From positions 393,452,001-393,516,000 of the forward strand of contig OZ024741.1 of NCBI GenBank assembly GCA_964016885.1: a stretch of DNA of 64,000 nucleotides, given 5' to 3'. Positions 56,640-64,000 of the stretch are shown piece by piece. The translations under genes and the position numbers were made by a program. The DNA comes from Eledone cirrhosa (Eukaryota). Under the pieces are notes generated by a model, which searched no databases, had not been told where the DNA came from, and was given only the letters and a program-made list of their open reading frames with translations. Position 1 is the first letter of the stretch. Every line of letters starts with the position of its first letter.

Positions 56640-58745
56640 GGATCTTTAGATATTTTCAATAAAGTAGCCACTTATTATAATAAGGCTCTTAAAAATAGTG
56701 GTTTCAACGAACAAATCAAATATATACCCACTCCTCCTTCTACCACTAAACACAATAACATGAAAGAAAAATGATATGGTTTACCCCACCTTTCTCTTTA
56801 ACAGTTAAAACTAACGTAGGAAGAAAATTCCTCGAACTCCTAGACAAACATTTCCCCCAACAACATAGATATAATAAGATATTTAATAGAAATTTAGTTA
56901 AAATTAGCTACTCTTGCTGCCGATCAATGAAATCCAAAATTACCAACTCGAATATAGCTAAAGGAAACCCAGGATGTAGTTGCAGGAAACCAGGGCAAAT
57001 GCAATACGAAATCAATCATATATGAGGCCAAACTGACACCCATTGTAAAGAACCAACCAGCCAGGAGTGAGCGATATGTGGGCATGACACAAGATAAATT
57101 TAAAATCAGATATTATGCACATGTCGCTTCCTTCAAACATCCAGAGAAAAGAACATCTACGGTGCTGGCTAATAAAGTGTGGGAGTTTAAAGAATGCAAG
57201 ATTCCATACTCGATTGATTGGTCTATTTTGGACCACTCAAAAGAATACCAGAAAGGCACAAAGAAATGTTCTTTGTGTATAACCAAAAAGTACCTGAAAT
57301 CACATCTCCTTTCCAGCTGGTATAACACACCTACAAACACTCAACCACCTTGAGCTTCCTCTTTACAAATTAACTCCTCCACTCTCTACCCAGATCGCTT
57401 TATGAACACATACATTTGACCCAGATCGATTTATAAACACATACTTTTTACCACAAACATTATACACAATCATCTCCCACTTGTTTATTTAATTTATTTT
57501 ATTTATACCCTCCCCCATTTTCTGTCAAACTTTTAACACATACACACTAACCACCCTCTTTCTGTCCACCTTTCTTAACCCCCTTTTTTTAGAGATCCTG
57601 AACACCTCTTCCCCCTTCCTTAACCTTACAATGATCTACAACTAATAACACTCACATAGTCACTTTACACACATATCATTTGTCATACCCTATCACTACC
57701 ATTATCCCTTCTTCTTTCTACCTATTAGTTATACTCTTTCTACACACCCTTACATTCCATTATTTTTTTACGAGGAAAGGGCGGTGGATTAGCAGTATCG
57801 GTAGAGGGTCGGACGCCATGTTTTGACGCATAGAGTTTCGGCCCTTACCATTCTGAGTTCAAATCCCACCGAGGTTAACTTTGCCTTTCATCCTTATGGG
57901 GTCGATAAAATAAAGCATCAGTAATACACTGATAATTGCTGGCCTTGTGCCAAAAGTAGAAACAATTATTTTTTTAAGGGAACGCTAATTCTACTTTTCA
58001 GATATATTCATAGTTACGTATGAATAACTGTTTATGTATGTATACATTTTTGTATGTATTTATTTATAATTACGTGTGTATTCTCACTTATTTGTGTAAT
58101 TATATATGGTTTGTCATAGGTATGAGTGTATGTCTCTATATGTCTATGTATACGCGTATATATATATGTATATATATATGTTTATGTATATATACATAGA
58201 CATATATATGTGTGTGTATAGATATGTCTCTGTATATATCTGTATATATGCGTGTGTATATATATATGTATGTGCGTGTATGTACGGATATAGCGTATAT
58301 ATGTGTATACTATATATATATATATATATATATGTCCATGTATATATGTATGTATGCATGTGTGTGCGTATGTTTGTATATATGTTCTCGTACGTATATA
58401 TATATACGTTATTCCGGGTTGAGTCGGAGGTAACCACAGTAAGTAAGGTACTCAATACATTGCAGAGTATAAAAGAGAAACTTAAAAATAAGGAGTGGCA
58501 CCCCATCCTGAACTTGTTTATAGAATTCTTTCTACCTTTGTGACTAAATATAAATAATAGCTTTTAAGAATTAGCTTTTAATGAATTCCCTTTTCTATCA
58601 ACCAATGACCTACACCCATCCCACTCCCTACCCTCTCCTACCACCTGAAGAGACCTATAAATACCATACTTATTTTTTTATACCCAGATTCCTGATGATT
58701 TCTAAAGAATGAAACAGTTCTAGTCCTGTAGAATCTCATCTATAT
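56640..58745 (+). mobile_element. 5'-truncated Penelope-like element (RT C-terminus, GIY-YIG endonuclease, 3' pLTR), with a nested SINE at 57779-57969
   Basis: DIFNKVATYYNKALKNSGF; MIWFTPPFSLTVKTNVGRKFLELLDKHFP...KIFNRNLVKISYSC; IIYEA...YVGMTQDKFKIRY..H..SF...CSLCITKK. A hammerhead lies at 58686. Confidence 0.88.
58686..58736 (+). ncRNA. Type-I hammerhead ribozyme
   Basis: AGATTC-CTGATGA-t TTC taaa GAA t-GAA-ACAG ttctagtc CTGT-A-GAATCT. Stem I covaries with the 42743 copy. Confidence 0.85.
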
Positions 58746-58824
58746 TAAAACTATATATATATATGTATATATATATTATTCAAAATATTAATAAATGAAG
58801 AGATTCACATAATCAAAATATATG

Positions 58825-58886
58825 TTTTATTATATATATTTCGAAGGTACTGTGCTGTCTTTTCAGTACGTCCTCGTCAGATAAAA
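58825..58886 (-). ncRNA. Type-I hammerhead ribozyme (sense to NCKX pre-mRNA)
   Basis: Minus strand: TTTTAT-CTGACGA-GGA c GTACTG aaaagacagca CAGTAC c TTC-GAA-ATATATAT-A-ATAAAA. All core nucleotides and three stems are present. Confidence 0.87.
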
Positions 58887-58971
58887 TACATGAATTGATG
58901 TATGACATACCTCAACGGTTTTGATGGTTCAATTCCAGTATTGGCATTTATTAATATTTTGAATAATATTA

Positions 58972-59157
58972 ATAACTGTTTCTACGTTAGGCACAAGGCC
59001 AGCAATTACTCAGTGTATTACTGGTACTTTATTTTATCGACCCCGTAAGGATGAAAGGCAAAGTTAACCTCGGCGGGATTTGAACTCAGAATGGCAAGGG
59101 CCGTAACTCTATACGTCAAAGCATGGCGTCCGATCCTCTACCGATACTGCCAATCCA
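58972..59157 (-). mobile_element. SINE family 1
   Basis: Full head and core. Further partial copies lie at ~6500-6620, 26125-26250, 34810-34870 and 61002-61130. Confidence 0.88.
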
Positions 59158-59365
59158 ACTCCAGAAAACTTTTATTGTTGAGTGCTTTTAATCTATTGTA
59201 AAACTATATTCATTGAGTAATCAATGAACCATATTAATCTTTGGTTATATATATATATATATATGTTTATGGGTATGTATGTGTATGTACATATGTATGT
59301 AATTGTGAGTGTATATTTATTCTTATATGTGTGTGTTGGCATGAGCCTGTATATATATGTGTGTA

Positions 59366-59401
<36 letters not shown>

Positions 59402-60212
59402 CATATATATTATATATATATAATTTATTATTTTCCTGTTTTTGTCAACCCCTGTACTTTAGATACGTCGCGTGCCCGTTCATTTTTATTTTAACTTTAT
59501 TTTTATTTTTAATCTTATTTTAAATATTTTTCTTGCCTGCTCAATCAGCCACTGAACTATATCGACGCAAGTTTACGTGTGTGTATGGTATATTGTACAT
59601 GTGTTTATGTATGTGTGTGTATATGTATTCATATGTGTGTGTGTACATATATGCATGTATATATGTATATGTATGTGTGTGTGTGTATATATATAAATAA
59701 TACAAATAGTGAAAACAATGAAATTAAACAAAATACGGGTAATTCATAGTAAAACTCATTATTTTATGCTCTGGGTAATTGCTGGCCTTGTGCCAAAAGT
59801 AGAAACAATTATTTTACGATCGTTTCTGGGGGGTAGTTCTCCGTATGTTCATTCTATTAGTGATCTATGTAAAATATATTACAAATTATCAAAGGAAGAA
59901 AATATACATACGTCTTCCCTACCCGCCGTCTTCAGAAATATTATTTCTGACGACGGCGGGTAGGGAAGAGATATTTTATTTCAGCCTCGCTTTCAATTGT
60001 GCTAGACTTTGTTTTGAAATCCATATCTCACATCCAATTTAAATAAATTTTCGTTCTGACAAGCAAAGTCAGACGTCTGTGTCAGGCTCGTCTGTCTTCG
60101 TGAAACCTTTGGTAAATGAAATAATTATCTTATGTTGTTTATTACATAACTAAAAAGCTCTGTAGTCTATATAGAGCACTCTCTTTTCCTTTACCTTTCC
60201 TTACGGAAACAC

Positions 60213-60270
<58 letters not shown>

Positions 60271-61456
60271 TAACAGACTACAGTTTAACCAAAGAATCGC
60301 TGCTTTCACCCTTAACGGGATCTTCTGAAATCTGTTATTTTAATAAATATTTGCTCTACGGTTCTTATATATCTGATATATATTTATCCTTATCGAGCCC
60401 TCTTTGGATTTTAGTCTTCAAATTTATTATTATTACTATATATATATATACATATATATATATAAGGAAAAGAATTTAAAAATGCAGCAGGAGTCTTTTA
60501 AGAATATTTATTTATTTTACTTGTTTTACAGTTCTTATGATTATCAAAAGTAAAATTAAGATGGAGGGTTTGTGTTTCTACTGTTGTGTCTCACATCTAA
60601 CTGGAGTTCAAAAGTTCTTTCTGTTTTATACAAGAAAAGTGGCTCAGATTGCTATTTGTTTAAAATACAATTTTGTTGGTTGATGGCAGTCATATGATTA
60701 GGTACAGTAATTTTTGAGCCTGAAAATGTGGCTCAAAATTGCTATTTGCAATTTTATTGGTTGAAGAAGAGAAGAAAAATTGTAGTGTTCTGGTCCAGTG
60801 AGTATGGCCAATATTGAAGTGCTGTGGAATGTTAGATTTTAAGAGGTGTCAATTTTTTGAATTTCTATTGTAGTAGACACACAAACAATTGAATTTACAA
60901 GGAATTGGTTTATATGTCTGTGGCGATAGTGATATCATGGTAGTAATGATTTGTGTGTGTATGTGTTTGTGTGGGAGTAGCAATGGCAGTTCATCACCTT
61001 AATAATTGTTTCTACTTTAGGCACAAGGCTGGCAATTTGATGGTGGGAGGAGTCAATTAAATCGACCCCAGTGCATGACTGGTACTTTATTTTATTGACC
61101 CCGTAAGGATGACAGGCAAAGCTAACCACAGCAGCTTGATAATAACATCACTAATAAAATTGATTCCATTAGTAAAATGGAGAAACAAACTTGATTCATG
61201 TAGGGATATTGCAAGATTTTCTAACCCCACTGGTTGACATAATAGCTTATGGACTGTGACACAGCCTAGACTGAAAGTGGTTTGAAAATTTTAACAAATA
61301 AACGGGTGCATTCATTGCTTGCAGTTGCAATACAGACCCAAAGCTTTAAGTCAGTCTAGTCACACATTCCAGACTCATTGCAGAATGCACATTGTTTTTT
61401 TTTTAAATGTGAAGTTATGTTGGTACCACAACATTCAGTCCGAAACAAATGAGGTT

Positions 61457-61837
61457 GTGTAGGTGTCACGACAAAAAAACACACAGTCCACGCTGTAATG
61501 TGGCCGTGTAGGTAACACGGTAAAAACCTCCCAGTACACACTGTAAACGTGGTTGGTGTTGGGAAAGGCACCCAGCCATAGAAAACCCGCCAGACGTGTA
61601 GGTGTCACGACAATAAAACACACAGTCCACGCTGTAATGTGGCCGTGTAGGTAACACGGTAAAAACCTCCCAGTACACACTGTAAACGTGGTTGGTGTTA
61701 GGAAGGGCATCCAGCCGTAGAAAACCCGCCAGACAATCCTGAGCAAGACAACCAATCTTGCCTTAAGTGGGACAATTCCCGTCCAGACCCATGCTAGCGT
61801 GGAAAATGGACGTTAAACAATGATGATGATGATGATG
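61457..61837 (+). mobile_element. RTE 3'-UTR/tail fragment with a 139-bp tandem duplication
   Basis: The unit starts at 61457 and 61596 and contains gttggtgttaggaagggcatccagc; it ends in a (TGA)n tail as at 33900-34190. Confidence 0.8.
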
Positions 61838-63126
61838 TAAAGCAATTCATGGCTCCATATAACCATAGCCAACTGAAATTCCACACATTTTTTCTTTCCT
61901 TCAAGTTATGTTCTGGCATTTCACTACCTTTATTGGCTGAAGATATGTGAGTTGATCACAACTCCATATTCATACAACTCAATTTAAATGTTTACACACA
62001 CATGCATACACACAGTTACATGATTATTCTGAATTTTCTCTGCACACTGAGCACAGGGCTGTGTCCTCAATTTATGTGGAATTCACAAGATATTTTTTTA
62101 TTATCTTCTCTTACTGATTTTGTCATGGAATAAGCTTTTCGGTATAACCACCTCGGCATAGGTGCAACTGCATATTATGCACAAACCTGCTACTGCTTTT
62201 TATGGCGAAACTAGCTTCAAATCCCATTCCCGACTCACTGTGGAATATCAGCTGTTCAGCTACACTAAGCAACTCGCTGCTCCATAAACTTACACAGCCA
62301 ACAGTATCGATTCAGCATGTTTCAGAGCATACTCCAGCAATCAAATTTTGCTACCCTTTGTGTTTTCAATCCGGGCAGAAAACTAATGTAGCGAAATCTT
62401 GTCACAGGCTGACCACAAAATGACATTCAGCTGTCATTTCTATTTTTATCTGGCTTGACGTAAATTTGTTTTGATTGGCCGGTCAGCTTGAGGTGAAAGC
62501 AAAATAAGATCTTATTTCCCTCAGTCAACTGGGAAACCTTGAAAAGTAAACATGTAGTCCATTGCTTCATACAGACCCTCTGGGTCACTCTTACACTCTC
62601 TCTTACTCTCTCTCTCTCTCTTTCACTCACTAACTCTCTCAGTCTCTCTTAGACCAAGCCAGCGAAGTTCATAACATCAACAGAAGTTTGGTAAATACAT
62701 TTTAATTATACCTTTGCAAACAAAAACGAATACACATCATCTGTGTTTATTTATTCTTCATGTATTGTCATATAATTCGGTGAAAGTTATATTCAATGAA
62801 TCAGTAACATAGTGGCTTTGTGTTATTGTAGTTTATATATTTCATTTCCTACATGAAAGAAACCATCATATCATCATCATCATAATGAACACTCTTACTC
62901 ACTTACTTGCACACATGCAATCTCTGGTCACACTGTATTAGGCACATCAAGCTTCTCTCACCTACACTCACACAACAGTGACCACACCACTCAGCAATCT
63001 ACAAGTGAGCACTCATGCAACAAATGAATCAACAACACAACCAACCATCCACACCAACATTCGACCCACTATAAGTGTATGTGCATATGTATGAATGTGT
63101 GCATATATATTCATTTATATACTCAA

Positions 63127-63335
63127 TGAAGGCACGTGGCTGAGTGGTAAGAGAATCTGATTAGCAATTGTGAGGTTGTGAGTTCAATTCCTGGACCGGG
63201 TGATGTACGATTTCCTTGAACAAGACACTTTATTTCACGTTGCTCCTTCTACCTGGAGTTGTGACTGATAGAGAATATTAGCAATTGAAAAGACCAACGG
63301 AAACATTGTTTCCTCAGTTCAATTTGATGAAAGTT
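63127..63335 (+). mobile_element. tRNA-derived SINE family 2
   Basis: Collinear with 34207-34420. Confidence 0.85.
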
Positions 63336-64000
63336 GATGCTCAATGAATGAGGAAGATATTATGCAATGTATGGTGTAGAGTATATTGTTATTTAAACTC
63401 AATAATTTTTCAAGACATGAATTTCACACCATTGTAATCGTCAGGCAAGCAATTTTTTAACAGTATTTCAAACTCGTTTCATATACATTCAAGTTGGTTA
63501 ATTATTACATGTGTGTAAATATTGTTTTCATTAACGAGATTTTAAATATTATTTTATTAAGATCGTGTTTTTATATTATAGCTATTGCTTTTTATTTCAC
63601 ATATTTATACATGTTGATTAGGACATGAGTATATATAAGTTTTGTTGTGTCTGGTCAGTGTGAGTTCTACTGAAATCATGTAATCCAATACAACTGGTTA
63701 GACAACCATGTCACTGGCAACTAAAATGGCACCTCCATCTGAATAAGGTTGTTAGATGATAAGTAAGACAAAAACAAGACCTGTTAACAGAATGGATGAA
63801 CCTAGCATAGGTCAAAAAGGTTCCAGTAATAGTGTGTAGAAAACATAAAAATACAGAAAAATGGGTGTATTCTAATTTAGGACTGATATGCATTTAATTT
63901 TCGTCAGAACATTTTTTAGGAGATGGAATGATATGGTTCTTCAGCTGTGGTAGAAGCAATCTATCTACATTATCCTACTGTCTTGTGGGTGGATCCAGGA

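Noticed and set aside
63690-63900. Next upstream NCKX exon (expected GDMAVSN...GL..PW)
   Set aside because: The minus frame reads GGAILVASDMVV* and stops, and no matching motif was found in 53817-64000, so the exon probably lies beyond the window.

Overview
This is AT-rich, microsatellite-dense metazoan genomic DNA; the repeat families suggest a coleoid cephalopod such as Octopus (inference). It holds the 3' ends of two convergent spliced genes. On + are four exons (879-8111) of a multi-domain galectin, encoding a linker and the C-terminal carbohydrate-recognition domain (CRD). On - are the last two exons (53816-53751 and 51267-51121) of an SLC24/NCKX K+-dependent Na+/Ca2+ exchanger. The rest is repeats: RTE LINEs (one near full-length), Tx1-like and R2/R4-like fragments, several Penelope-like elements (PLEs), two tRNA-derived SINE families, a non-autonomous Helitron, a hAT MITE, a 30-bp minisatellite and kb-scale (TA)n arrays. 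The most striking signal is a diverse set of type-I hammerhead ribozymes (HHRs): about a dozen copies in 7-8 sequence families, including U3-A8 and A4 core variants. They sit in (TA)n-embedded fold-back elements derived from PLE termini, sometimes as opposed ribozyme pairs on the two strands. A SINE also inserted exactly at a galectin splice acceptor and duplicated it. All RNA folds were paired by eye; none is computed or tested.
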